From assembly GCF_000237865.1 (NCBI RefSeq), contig NC_017459.1:2370001-2402000 (forward strand): DNA of 32,000 nucleotides, read 5' to 3'. Position numbers and translations under genes: made by a program. Shown here piece by piece: positions 1-10,146 of this stretch. Position 1 is the stretch's first letter. The number at the start of each line of letters is the position of its first letter. Under the pieces are notes generated by a model. It was not told where the DNA came from. It saw only the letters and a list, made by a program, of their open reading frames with translations, and searched no databases. The DNA comes from Haloquadratum walsbyi C23. Lineage in GTDB: Archaea > Halobacteriota > Halobacteria > Halobacteriales > Haloferacaceae.

Positions 1-1159
1 AGGCAAGCCCATTCGTGATGAGGTCCTTGGATACGGTTCGCAGAGTATCTCTGAGGCAGATAAAAAAGCGATCACAGAGGCGCTTGAGGGCGACTATATT
101 ACGCGCGGTCCAGCCGTCGAGGAGTTTGAACAGCGAGTTGCGGATTTCGTTGGCGTTGACCATGCGGTTGCGAGCACTTCAGGAACGACTGCACTGCATC
201 TCGCTGGTGAGGCTGCCGGGTTCGAATCGGGAGACGAAGTAATCACGACACCACTCACATTCGTCTCGACTGCTCACGTCGCCACATATACTGGAGCAAC
301 CCCAGTGTTCGCTGATATTGACCCACATCGGCGCTCACTTGATCCTGACGCAGTCCGCGAGCAAATCACAGACGATACGGCTGGAATCGTTCCGATGCAT
401 TATGATGGATTGCCAGCCGATATTGAAGAATTGCTTACAATTGCCGATGAACATGATCTCACTGTTATCTGGGACGCCTGTCATGCGTTTGGCGGCGAGT
501 GGCGAGACGAACTGATTGGTGCACAGCGGGATATGGTAATGTTCAGCTTTCATCCAGTCAAGAACATCACGACTGGGGAAGGGGGAATGGTCGTTACCGA
601 TGATGATGAATTGGCGAAGCGATTACGCAGATTCCGCTCGTTTGACATGGACTATGCTCCAGCGGGGTATGAAGATGAACCATGGTATCAGGTCACCGAG
701 GGAGTTGGGTATAATTATAACTTTACTGATATTCAGGCTGCATTAGGCTTAGCACAGCTCGATCGAATTGAAGAGTTCAAAGCTCAGCGAGATATGATCA
801 TCGAATCATACAATGCGGCGTTTGAGGAGGTGCCAGGAATCCGTACGCCACCGGATCCTGTCGAATCCGATCCGATGCGTCATTTGTACGCGATTGAGGT
901 CAACGAGGAGTTTGGATGTGACAGAAAAGAGTTTATTAACGCTATGCATGCTGAGAATCTCGGTGTACAGGTACACTATGTGCCATTGCATTATCACCCG
1001 TACTTCCAAGAGGAATTTGGATATGAAGAGGGGATGTTTCCCGTGGCTGAAGAGGTGTATGATAAGTTAGTGAGTATGCCGTTACATGCTGAGATGAACC
1101 AAGATGATATTGGAAAAGTGACCCAGGCAGTTGAGCGGCTTCACCGGTATCATAATTAA
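1..1159 (+). CDS. DegT/DnrJ/EryC1/StrS-family PLP-dependent sugar aminotransferase (PseC/SpsC-like); 5' end outside window
   Basis: The frame of ORF 305..1159 stays open back to base 2 (GKPIRDEVLGYGSQSISEADKKAITEAL..TSGTTALHLAGEAAG..ITTPLTFVSTAH). PLP-lysine motif FSFHPVKNITTGEGG. Family-typical YNYNFTDIQAALGLAQL. Confidence 0.88.
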   Translation, partial: GKPIRDEVLGYGSQSISEADKKAITEALEGDYITRGPAVEEFEQRVADFVGVDHAVASTSGTTALHLAGEAAGFESGDEVITTPLTFVSTAHVATYTGATPVFADIDPHRRSLDPDAVREQITDDTAGIVPMHYDGLPADIEELLTIADEHDLTVIWDACHAFGGEWRDELIGAQRDMVMFSFHPVKNITTGEGGMVVTDDDELAKRLRRFRSFDMDYAPAGYEDEPWYQVTEGVGYNYNFTDIQAALGLAQLDRIEEFKAQRDMIIESYNAAFEEVPGIRTPPDPVESDPMRHLYAIEVNEEFGCDRKEFINAMHAENLGVQVHYVPLHYHPYFQEEFGYEEGMFPVAEEVYDKLVSMPLHAEMNQDDIGKVTQAVERLHRYHN

Positions 1160-1825
1160 GCGAAAATTATATACTTTTTGACCGATACTAACAGTTCATA
1201 TCATTTTGGGTATAAATTGTGGATCTATATGTCAACTATTCATAGGTATCGATGAGAACTCGTTCGGATAATATAATAGCAATTCACGACTCTGTCGACA
1301 ATTGTCTTTTCTGGGCCTTCCGGATTATGCTCTATGATGAATAGACTGTAGTTACATATTGGGTAGTCCAGTTTTCGAGTAGAGACACCGAAATTATCTT
1401 TGAGGGTGTCAGTATAGTTGAATAGGATGTTATATGGAAAACGTCGAACTCCAGATGCGATACCGCGAGAGCGGGAAGATTGCACTCTGTCGGTGATTGT
1501 CGTGCGTCATTCAGCATGGGTGGACTCAGCCATGAATTCAGCCTCAAACCAACCCGCTCATCAGGTATCCTTGTGGTTATGCTCAATGAGTGGCGTCTCA
1601 TACCCTGCGGCTGCTGTCATCCCTACAATATCGATGGAGAGCTTCGTCTTCTCCATCCCACCGTTCTGCTGCGTCGCTGCTATTTTAGCAGGTTATGCTA
1701 GCGTAGCTATACGTACCCTCCAAAATAGCGTGGATCTTAGTCAGATAAGAGCCCAACTCACGTCTCAGTGTCTTCATTTGAGTGGTTGAGGTGGGTTTAT
1801 TAGGTTGTTTGCGCTCTATTCATCT

Positions 1826-2875
1826 ATGAACGAGCTCAAGATCGGGGACCGGCTAGTTGGACCCGACGAACCGACGTTTGTGATCGCTGAAGCGGGATCA
1901 AATCATAATGGTGATCTTAGTATAGCAAAGGAACTGATTGAGGTTGCTGCAGACGCGGGGGCAGATGCAGTAAAGTTCCAGACGTTTCGTGCAGAGGATC
2001 TCTATGTCGAGGAGAGCGGCGATGTCGAGTACCTAGACGATGACAGAAGCATATACGAAATTATTGAATCAATGGAAATGCCCTATGACTGGATACCAGA
2101 ACTTCACGATTACTGCCACGAGCAGGGCGTTCAATTTCTGTCTACACCGTTTGATGAGCGCTCTGCAACAGAGCTTGCAGAATATGTCCCAGCATGGAAA
2201 GTCGCATCGTACACAAGTAGTCATATACCATTTTTGAAATATCTTGCAGGGACAGACAAACCAATCATTATGTCTACAGGAGCACATAATCTCGAAGAAA
2301 TCGAAGAGTCGGTGACTGCTCTCAAAAACGCCTCTGTTTCAGGTCTTGTGTTACTTCAATGCGTAGCTGCGTATCCAACCCCACTCTCAGAGATCAATCT
2401 CCGTGTCATTGAGACACTTCGCAAAGAGTTCAATGCACTCACAGGACTTTCGGATCATACGTTGGACCCGGTTACAGCTCCGACCACTGCTGTCGCACTG
2501 GGTGGAAGTGTCGTTGAGAAACACTTTACACTTGATAACGACATGGAAGGACCAGATCACGAGTTCGCATTAGAACCAGATAAACTGAACAAGATGATCT
2601 CTGCGATCCGAGATACCGAGACAGCGCTCGGCACCGGACAAAAACGAGTGCTTGGGGTCGAAGACGAACTGTATGAGAAGGGACGAAGAGCAATTCAGGC
2701 TACTACTAGTATTGAAGCTGGTGAGGAGTTGAGTTCAGAAAATGTGAGCGTACTTCGACCCGGCGAGCGGGAAACAGGAATGCATCCTAAATTTTATGAT
2801 GAAATACTTGATGAAACTGTTTCACAAAAGATACAGAAAGGTGAAGGCATCCGGTGGGAATACATAGAAGACTAA
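1826..2875 (+). CDS. neuB: NeuB-family nonulosonic acid synthase (PEP-condensing; NeuB/PseI/LegI/SpsE type) with C-terminal SAF-like domain
   Basis: FVIAEAGSNHNGDLSIAKELIEVAADAGADAVKFQTF, LSTPFDE, GLSDHT and VEKHFTLD motifs. The ORF track starts at TTG 1805; the first ATG (MNELKIGDR) is at 1826. Confidence 0.88.
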   Translation: MNELKIGDRLVGPDEPTFVIAEAGSNHNGDLSIAKELIEVAADAGADAVKFQTFRAEDLYVEESGDVEYLDDDRSIYEIIESMEMPYDWIPELHDYCHEQGVQFLSTPFDERSATELAEYVPAWKVASYTSSHIPFLKYLAGTDKPIIMSTGAHNLEEIEESVTALKNASVSGLVLLQCVAAYPTPLSEINLRVIETLRKEFNALTGLSDHTLDPVTAPTTAVALGGSVVEKHFTLDNDMEGPDHEFALEPDKLNKMISAIRDTETALGTGQKRVLGVEDELYEKGRRAIQATTSIEAGEELSSENVSVLRPGERETGMHPKFYDEILDETVSQKIQKGEGIRWEYIED

Positions 2876-2894
2876 TTATATCTGATTCTGTTTA

Positions 2895-4178
2895 TCAGTT
2901 GTTGAGACGAGAGGTTTCAATTTCTGTAGCAGATTTCCGAATCTCAGAGACTGTCTCAAAATCAGGGTTAACAGATAGCGCATCAATTCCGAATTCAATC
3001 AATTTACGTGCTAACTGTTCATCTGATGCGGCTTGTCCGCCGATACATGTTTCAATCTCATTATTATTGGAGATAGATATGACACGTTCGAATAACTTGA
3101 GCACAGCGTCTTCCTTTTCATCGAATTTTGACTGAAGTTTCTCGTTGTTGCGGTCAATAGCTAAAGTGAATTGAGTGAGGTCATTACTTCCAAAGACAAC
3201 AAAATCGATATGTTCAATAAATTGTTCAAAAGTGAGAGCCACAGCGGGCGTCTCAACCATTAATCCGAACGAGATATCCGTTAGTCCAGCATCTTTGGCA
3301 TATGACTTCCATTCAAGGAACTCTGATTGTAACCGCGTCATCGGTGGAAATAGACCGATATTTTCATACCCTCTATCGACTAACTTTTTGATAGACTCGA
3401 TTTGAATATCATATAAGCCAGGATCCTCGGTTGATCTGGAAATTCCTCTCCATCCTAACATTGAATTATCTTCTTTATTTTCATGTCTCTTACCACACTC
3501 CATCTGTCTAAGATGCGAGACAGCGAAGTCATCAGTTCTGATCCACACAGGATCAGAATATGTGCTAACGACAGATTCGATACGGTTCGCAAGTTGGTTT
3601 TCTAATGCCTCACGTCCATGTCGTTCAGTATATTCTTTTGGGTGCGTGTCGTCCAGCAGATCCAATAGAAGAAATTCAAGTCTCATAAATCCGACTCCCT
3701 CAGTTACTCCAGACAGTTTCGGATGCTTCTCAAGGACTTCTGGAAACCCCAGATTCAGTTTAATTTCTGTATCACAATCTGGGAACGGCAGGTTATTATA
3801 TGACTTTTGATATGAATTTGAATTAAAAACATCCCCAAGGTAAATTTCATTACCCATTATAGTCAAACGTTCTCCATTATAATCACACAATGTATTAGAT
3901 ATTCCAGAAATGCAGGGGATACCGAGTTCGTTTGCTAACAGAACACCGTGATCAGTGCGCTCTATCCTCTCACACAGGATTGCGCGTACATCTGATTTTG
4001 CCAAGTCATAAAATAGTGTCACATTATTTGTCGTTGACACAGAAGAAGGGACATATACTATATTTCCTTCAGCAACTTGCGTAGTATGATCGCTGCTTGA
4101 TATAATTTTGAGAGGTCCTGACACCCTTCTCTGTGGACCTAGTGAAGTGCCCACCTGAATCGGCTCACTGACAGTCAT
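2895..4178 (-). CDS. PEP-utilising enzyme lacking its own nucleotide-binding domain: phosphohistidine swivel domain plus PEP/pyruvate-binding TIM barrel
   Basis: Swivel motif ERTDHGVLLANELGIPCISG. Barrel motifs GFMRLEFLL, GWRGISRS, FGLMVETPAVAL, FGSNDLTQFTLAIDRNN, GGQAASD. Track ORF is 2895..4319. Plausible starts are ATG 4178 (MTVSEPIQVG) or 4205 (MKAISYPKQ), both overlapping the upstream ATP-grasp stop. Confidence 0.8.
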   Translation of the reverse strand: MTVSEPIQVGTSLGPQRRVSGPLKIISSSDHTTQVAEGNIVYVPSSVSTTNNVTLFYDLAKSDVRAILCERIERTDHGVLLANELGIPCISGISNTLCDYNGERLTIMGNEIYLGDVFNSNSYQKSYNNLPFPDCDTEIKLNLGFPEVLEKHPKLSGVTEGVGFMRLEFLLLDLLDDTHPKEYTERHGREALENQLANRIESVVSTYSDPVWIRTDDFAVSHLRQMECGKRHENKEDNSMLGWRGISRSTEDPGLYDIQIESIKKLVDRGYENIGLFPPMTRLQSEFLEWKSYAKDAGLTDISFGLMVETPAVALTFEQFIEHIDFVVFGSNDLTQFTLAIDRNNEKLQSKFDEKEDAVLKLFERVISISNNNEIETCIGGQAASDEQLARKLIEFGIDALSVNPDFETVSEIRKSATEIETSRLNN

Positions 4179-5160
4179 TTGCTTGGGATAAGAGATTGCT
4201 TTCATCAATATATACTTGATCCGTGTACCGAATAATACCCAAACCAGTCTCATACTCATCAACTGGTTCAATCTCTTCATCAAGCGCATTACGAACCAAT
4301 AGATCGAACTCATTGACACCTGCCTCTACAGTAAGGCAGGAAGATCCGGAAAACCGAGGATTAATTTCAATTAGATACGGTATACCATCTTCATCAAGCA
4401 TGTGCTGAACATTCATTGGACCGGCTGGTTCAAGAGCTTCAAAAGCCTCTATACAAGCCTCGTAAACAGTTGGATTATCTCTCGTTATCCCTAGGGCTGT
4501 GTAGTTATTACGCTCTGGAACTTCCTTTGTCACTATTGACAGAAGGCGATTGTCGTTGGTCACAGTAACATTCGAAGTATATTCAGGACCGTTGATAAAT
4601 TCTTGAACTAAAAGATTACTCTGATCAACTTCATTTTCATCAATATATTCTCGAAGATCATCAGAGGTATGTATTAGTTGAACTCCTCGACTTCCTTGTC
4701 CATATCGAGGCTTTACAATTTTTGCGGGCTCCTTGCTCTGTGACTCAAACAATCCACTATGGGTGTCAGCGACCGAGGTTTCAGGTATTCGCAATCCATG
4801 TTTACGAAAATACTCGTACATTTCCTTCTTATCTACCGTTTTTTCGATTAAACCCCGTCGGGGAACAATTACTGGGATATCGTTTGGAAGAGCGGATTGG
4901 AGACGGTCAATTTCTTGCAATTCCTGATCAATAAGAGGTATAACTATATCCACATTGTACTCATTTACTACTCGTGCCATAGCAGTTGGCCACTCGTTAT
5001 CTGAGGCAGCAGGAACACAAACACCATGATCTGCGATATAAAGACCTGCTCCATGAGGGTTCATATCCACTGCTATCGTTTCATGAGACGCTTTCTGAAG
5101 CGATTGAATTGCACCGATTCCGATATCACCGCCAGCAGCCGTAATTAATACGCGAGCCAT
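4165..5160 (-). CDS. Stand-alone ATP-grasp enzyme (carbamoyl-phosphate-synthase/PylC-like fold)
   Basis: N-terminal MARVLITAAGGDIGIGAIQSL, central KPRYGQGSRGV and LVQEFINGPEY, C-terminal LIEINPRFSGS. Stop at 4165-4167 overlaps the downstream gene start by 14 nt. Confidence 0.8.
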   Translation of the reverse strand: MARVLITAAGGDIGIGAIQSLQKASHETIAVDMNPHGAGLYIADHGVCVPAASDNEWPTAMARVVNEYNVDIVIPLIDQELQEIDRLQSALPNDIPVIVPRRGLIEKTVDKKEMYEYFRKHGLRIPETSVADTHSGLFESQSKEPAKIVKPRYGQGSRGVQLIHTSDDLREYIDENEVDQSNLLVQEFINGPEYTSNVTVTNDNRLLSIVTKEVPERNNYTALGITRDNPTVYEACIEAFEALEPAGPMNVQHMLDEDGIPYLIEINPRFSGSSCLTVEAGVNEFDLLVRNALDEEIEPVDEYETGLGIIRYTDQVYIDESNLLSQANDCQ

Positions 5161-5209
5161 ATCATTATCTTCCCACAGATATACTTAATTCCCACACTCT
5201 CAATAATAT

Positions 5210-5887
5210 ATGAAAATAGGGTTCATTAGTGATGTTCACGCTAATCTTCCGGCTTTAGATGCTATATTAAATGATTTGCAACATATGGATAAGATTGTTC
5301 ATGCGGGAGACATAGTCGGATATAATGCATTTCCAAGAGAGGTAATCGAGTGTTTTCAAGAGCAAAATATTGATTCGATCGCTGGGAATCATGATAGAGG
5401 TATCTCTGATAGTGATGATTTTGATTTCCCTAGACCTGCACTAGAAGTCATAAACTGGACTATGGGCGAGCTCACGATAGAAAATAAGGAATTCATCAAC
5501 CGACTCCCAACAGAATTGCGATTAGAAATAGATGGTTACACGATTCTGGTAGTTCACGGATCTCCGTATGAACCGAATGAGTATATCTATCCTACAGATT
5601 TAACATTGGAATTAGTCGAAGGTCTGGATGAGACAATAGATGTACTAATCTTGGGGCATACACACTATCCAATTGTCACTAAGCTAAGCGGTGTTCTACT
5701 AGTGAATCCAGGGAGTGTTGGACAACCGCGCGACGGTGATTGGCGTACAAGCTACGCGGTCTTTGATACTCATACTGGAACAGTAGAGCTTAGACGACAA
5801 GAATACAATGTTGATAAAACAATTGAAAAGGCTAAAATAGAGTCTTTTCCACAGCAGATCATCAATTCATTCCGCCAGTCAAATTAA
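5210..5887 (+). CDS. Calcineurin-like metallophosphoesterase (MJ0936/YfcE type)
   Basis: Ordered metal-ligand motifs ISDVHAN, AGDIVGY, GNHD, VHGSP, GHTH. It diverges from the ATP-grasp gene across a 49-bp spacer. Confidence 0.85.
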   Translation: MKIGFISDVHANLPALDAILNDLQHMDKIVHAGDIVGYNAFPREVIECFQEQNIDSIAGNHDRGISDSDDFDFPRPALEVINWTMGELTIENKEFINRLPTELRLEIDGYTILVVHGSPYEPNEYIYPTDLTLELVEGLDETIDVLILGHTHYPIVTKLSGVLLVNPGSVGQPRDGDWRTSYAVFDTHTGTVELRRQEYNVDKTIEKAKIESFPQQIINSFRQSN

Positions 5888-6535
5888 ATTCTACTTTTGA
5901 AGCTGAGATTGATGACGATTGCCTAACTCAGAAAGTTCAGGATCTGGTACTGTTTCAGGATCGCCGATCAAACCCGAAAATGATTGAATTTTCGCACAGA
6001 ATCCGACTGTATATACAACATGTTTTGTATCACAAAGGGATCCATTCATGACTATACTCCGTGATTGTGGAGTAGACAGGTCCACCGATAATTAAAAATA
6101 TTCAGGGCAACCTGTGCCAATTTCTCATTCGATCGAAATCTCGTGATTTGATTCGACAACATTCCCACCTAAGTAAACCAAAACAATATCAGAGGGCATC
6201 AGTTTGGGATACTGAATCGTTGAAAGAGTAATCGCAATTGTTCGATCATCAAATCGACAATTTACACATTTCCGAATGTTTCTTAATTTAATCCATCATT
6301 AAGGACCCCGTTAACTATCTCGCAAACTCTTTTCTTACTTTTGTCGTAGTACTTGTCATATCAAGTAATGGTCTAGTTTCTAACCTATAATCACAATTCT
6401 CTGTTAACCATGTTTCGGGTAGTAGGACGGGGTATGCTACAGACTTTGTCTTTTCAGGACTTTTTTCTGGATATGAATTGATACATATTTTAAAAATATC
6501 GTTCATTTGCTCAGAACAAACAGTAGTTGGTCTGA

Positions 6536-7537
6536 CTAGTTTATGTTTGTTATTTTATGATAAATTCGATCCGTTCCGTATGCATCAACCAATTCACGCC
6601 CAGCCTCAGAGTATCTTTTTCGGAGCGATGCATCTGACATGTATCGGTCTATACTCCGGCGAAATCCCGGATTCCCTTCGCCCGCGTTGACCACACTCGC
6701 CATATTTCTATTTTCGAGAGTTTCTGCTATTATCTGTTGATTCTCGGCTACTGGTTGGCACACAATAGGGGTACCAACTGCGAGGAGTTCATATGTTGTG
6801 CTGCTCGCCGTACTGACGGCGATATCTGCTTGAAACATCCGCTCCACGAGATTCTCAGGATCACGGCTTACTGATACATCGGGAGTCACGGCTTCAGCGG
6901 CGGCACGAGCGGCACGTTCTTGTTGTTCAGAAAACCCAGGTCCAACAATCGCGTCCACGTGCAGATTGAATTCTTCGAATAATCTGATAACTGTTGGCGT
7001 TCGATTCTGTATGTCACTTCCCCCCATTGTAATGAGAGCGCGACGAGGGGAGTCTCGCCACGGCGGGTCTTGATCAGCGAGCAGTCGAACTTCTTCTCGA
7101 AGCGGGACAAAGTCAGGTCCGAGAAGTTGCTTTGGGGGATTGCCAACGAAATCATATGTAAGATCTGACGCGTAGAGATTACCATTGATCAGGATATCTG
7201 CACAAATCGGATAGCGAGCATCATCTATATACACCGCGAGCGGGACGTGTTCGCGTATTCGTTGTTGATATTCTGTATCAGCGGGATATGCATCGATAAG
7301 AACGGCATCTGGTTGGTTTACTTGTATCCATTCAAGCAATCGACTTGGATTTGATCTTGAATCGAGGGTAGTGACTTCGACTTCCCCCGGACATACTTCC
7401 TCGGCAGTCTCTGGCGTTGTTGTTGCGTATGTGACCGTATGATCTTCATCAAGAAACTCACGTGCAATGGCTGCTGTTCTCACGAGATGACCGTATCCTA
7501 TTTCTGATCCACCGTCAGCTCGGATTGTGAGATGCAT
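6536..7537 (-). CDS. pseG: PseG/SpsG-like UDP-sugar hydrolase (glycosyltransferase-28-like fold)
   Basis: N-terminal IRADGGSEIGYGHLVRTAAIA and central ITMGGSDIQNRT match the PseG family pattern. 333 aa. Confidence 0.78.
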   Translation of the reverse strand: MHLTIRADGGSEIGYGHLVRTAAIAREFLDEDHTVTYATTTPETAEEVCPGEVEVTTLDSRSNPSRLLEWIQVNQPDAVLIDAYPADTEYQQRIREHVPLAVYIDDARYPICADILINGNLYASDLTYDFVGNPPKQLLGPDFVPLREEVRLLADQDPPWRDSPRRALITMGGSDIQNRTPTVIRLFEEFNLHVDAIVGPGFSEQQERAARAAAEAVTPDVSVSRDPENLVERMFQADIAVSTASSTTYELLAVGTPIVCQPVAENQQIIAETLENRNMASVVNAGEGNPGFRRSIDRYMSDASLRKRYSEAGRELVDAYGTDRIYHKITNIN

Positions 7538-7544
7538 GAGTGAT

Positions 7545-8282
7545 CTACTTTTGTGTCACATCAGCATTCAGTTTGTGTAAATCTCGATCATCAATCACCG
7601 AGACTGCGTCTCTTATCGGGAGCGTATCCTCATACTCAACTCGGTTATAAATCTCTCGAAGCAGTTCATAATCATCGGCTTCATCCAAGGTTATCCGGAG
7701 ATCGGTTCGATCCTGCATCCAGGATCTATTAAATATCTCTTCAGAAGTCACAGAAGCAAGATTGAACTGATCATCGTTTTCCCGATAATATGTGGTGACG
7801 TGTTCGCGGTGATGTGGCTCTTTCGCGTTTTCATGTATGTGTTTGAAACTCTCATAACTGAATGCCTCGACATCAAGACCACGAGGGAAAGTACGCTCAA
7901 CGGTATTTGAGCAATAATCCACATTCTCTGTAGCGAGGCGGTCAACCACAGCATCAATCACATCCCAATCGATCAACGGACAATCACCGGTAATTCGTAC
8001 TACTGTCTCTGCATTCGCTCCTGTAGCCGCAGAGAGCATTCGATCAAGCACATCATCTTCACTCCCACGGAACACTGTTGCGCCAGCGCGATTAGCATAC
8101 CGAGCAATAATATCGTCAGCTGTTTTCGTTGAGGTAGCAACGACGACTTCGTCTATCGTATCCGCCTCTTGTACTCTCTGTATATCATGTGTTAGCACGT
8201 GAGACCGCTCAAGTGGCAACATCATCTTTCCTGGTAGCCTCGTTGATCCCATCCGAGCTTGAATAATTGCAACAGTTTTCAC
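7545..8282 (-). CDS. Acylneuraminate/SpsF-type cytidylyltransferase (CMP-nonulosonate synthetase candidate)
   Basis: MKTVAIIQARMGSTRLPGKMM N-terminus and ITGDCPLID motif. Lies 8 bp downstream of the PseG-like gene on the same strand. Confidence 0.8.
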   Translation of the reverse strand: MKTVAIIQARMGSTRLPGKMMLPLERSHVLTHDIQRVQEADTIDEVVVATSTKTADDIIARYANRAGATVFRGSEDDVLDRMLSAATGANAETVVRITGDCPLIDWDVIDAVVDRLATENVDYCSNTVERTFPRGLDVEAFSYESFKHIHENAKEPHHREHVTTYYRENDDQFNLASVTSEEIFNRSWMQDRTDLRITLDEADDYELLREIYNRVEYEDTLPIRDAVSVIDDRDLHKLNADVTQK

Positions 8283-8885
8283 GGATACTCAATCTCGCGG
8301 CACCCTCAAACAGTTTGCTCATTTATTTCGATGATGTTTGTCTTATAGATAGAAGGAAACGGTTCGATTACTCCGATCTCATCTCCGTTCATATGGTGAG
8401 CGTACCAATCGGATATAATAGATTTAAACCCGAGCAATTTGAAATTAAATCCAGATCAAGGAGGTCACCAGCGAGATGCTTTACACATCAGTAGATTGGG
8501 TCCTCTATCCCGTAATGAAACTGGAACAAGAGGGACCGAAAATCTCCAACAATCATATGCAGGAAAACTGGGACCGGAAAATCACTCGGTGCGAGGTGTG
8601 TGTCTCCACAGGCACAGAGATAGGCTGAGTCTCACATCATCGACTTCCGATTTGCGTATGTAGATTGCTCGGATTCCCAGTCGGACGCTAAGGCAAGTCG
8701 GGAAATGGCGAGACAACTTTCAGATGCAGTTGATGATCAAACAAATATTTCCCGCGTGGGTATCGGTGCCGCGGACTATCGAGACATCACATGGGAGTTT
8801 CTTGATACACATGACAGTGATGTATTTGTCGCCTGTCGCGTTCTGAGTATATAAAAACGGCGTGAGCCGTTAGTGACGGCCCGTA

Positions 8886-10130
8886 ATGTCTATGCAATTT
8901 GATTCAGCAAGGCCGTCAGAAGACGTAACGGACGCCTCTAACATCAATTCTACTGATCTCGTCGCTGACGAACTGTACTCGCTGCTTGACGAAGTCGACA
9001 GCGAGTCGATTGCCGATGAATTCAAGATTGGGCTCCATTCCGACAAACACGACTTCACAAACCACGTCAAGACGGCTGTTCGTGAGGGTCTTGACCCCTC
9101 CAGCTCACTCGCTGAACTTGAGGATAAGACCATTGTCGACGACTCACTCGAACACATGCCTAAATCACGGTTTTCAGAACTCACGAACGACCGCGACTAC
9201 TGCGCGGTCGTTCAACTCCTCTTCGAAGTACTACACACACCACAGTTGTATCATCAACGTGGAGTTCAACGAAAACGACTGGAGTGGATGACACGAGGTG
9301 TTGTCGCTGTTGATGCCACAAACCTCGAACTTACGCGCTCTGTTGTCGTCTCAGACGAGTTCGTCGGAGACGACGACAAGGTCTACAAGATCGACACAGA
9401 CGATGGTGGTCTCGAACTTCACTGCGCAGCACGTGTGGATGGAGAAAACAAACATCCACTCGACGCTACTGTTACAGAGGGCGACACCCACGAAAGCCCG
9501 CAGTTCGATCTCCTCAAGGAAGATGTCGAGGTCTTTGCAGACCTCGACTCGGTAATCTGGGTCTTTGACCGCACATACACGCGATATCTACGGTTCTGTG
9601 AGATCAAGCATAGTGACAATGATTTTGTCACACTGATGTACTCAGACGCTTGATTTGAACTCAGTGAGACACTCGAAGAGTTCGAGGTCACCGTCTCAGG
9701 GAACAACACCGCTCAGCCGACTCACTCAGATGAGGAATCAACACGACGGGTACAGGTTCGTGATGAACGAATTGAGTGAGCTGAGACTGGCGAAGAGTTC
9801 CGCAGGATTGTGCTAGAAACGCCCGATGGAGAAGAGATTGAGTCCCTGACGACGCTGGCGTCGTCAGAGTACGATCCAATCGACGTGATCAACATCTACA
9901 CACTACGGACAGTGATTGAGATCCTCTTCCGAGAGTGGAAACAGTACCTCAACATCGAGAACTTTCACTCGAAATCGCTGAACGGCGTGTTATTCGAGCT
10001 GTTCTGTGCATTGATTGGATATATGCTGGTCGTATGGTTTCGCCAACGCCACCCAGTCAAGGGTGGCGTGGCGCGTGCTATCCAGAAAGTTCGCACCTTC
10101 TGGAATGAGACGCTGGATTCATTCGGCTAA
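8886..10130 (+). pseudogene. IS4-family (ISH8-like) DDE transposase interrupted by two in-frame TGA codons
   Basis: ORFs 8886..9653 and 9810..10130 share one frame. The stops are TGA at 9651-9653 and 9777-9779, and the sequence between them also reads through in that frame. DDE candidates are VAVDATN and WVFDRTYTRY. The IS4 signature Y-2-R-3-E-6-K is present in YTLRTVIEILFREWK. Confidence 0.8.
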
Positions 10131-10146
10131 TCAACCTTCACTTTCC

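Noticed and set aside
1160-1804. ORFs 1240..1485, 1332..1601 and 1418..1789 in the spacer between the aminotransferase and synthase genes.
   Set aside because: They mutually overlap, encode basic or Cys-rich peptides and carry no motifs. Treated as AT-rich spacer, possibly an eroded gene, but with nothing identifiable.
4179-4319. Longer N-terminus of the PEP-utiliser ORF (track start 4319).
   Set aside because: It would overlap the ATP-grasp coding region by 155 nt and encodes a basic, hydrophobic peptide. ATG 4178 or 4205 is more plausible.
8421-8441. Possible att duplicates of the tRNA-Thr T-arm: GATTTAAACCC at about 8431 and GATTTGAACC at 28544-28553.
   Set aside because: The matches are only 10-11 nt (one with a mismatch), do not extend into the acceptor arm, and no integrase is present. 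This is compatible with chance.
9651-9779. In-frame TGA codons as selenocysteine or recoding sites.
   Set aside because: Haloarchaea are not known to use selenocysteine, and no SECIS-like context was recognised. Simple nonsense mutation is more parsimonious.
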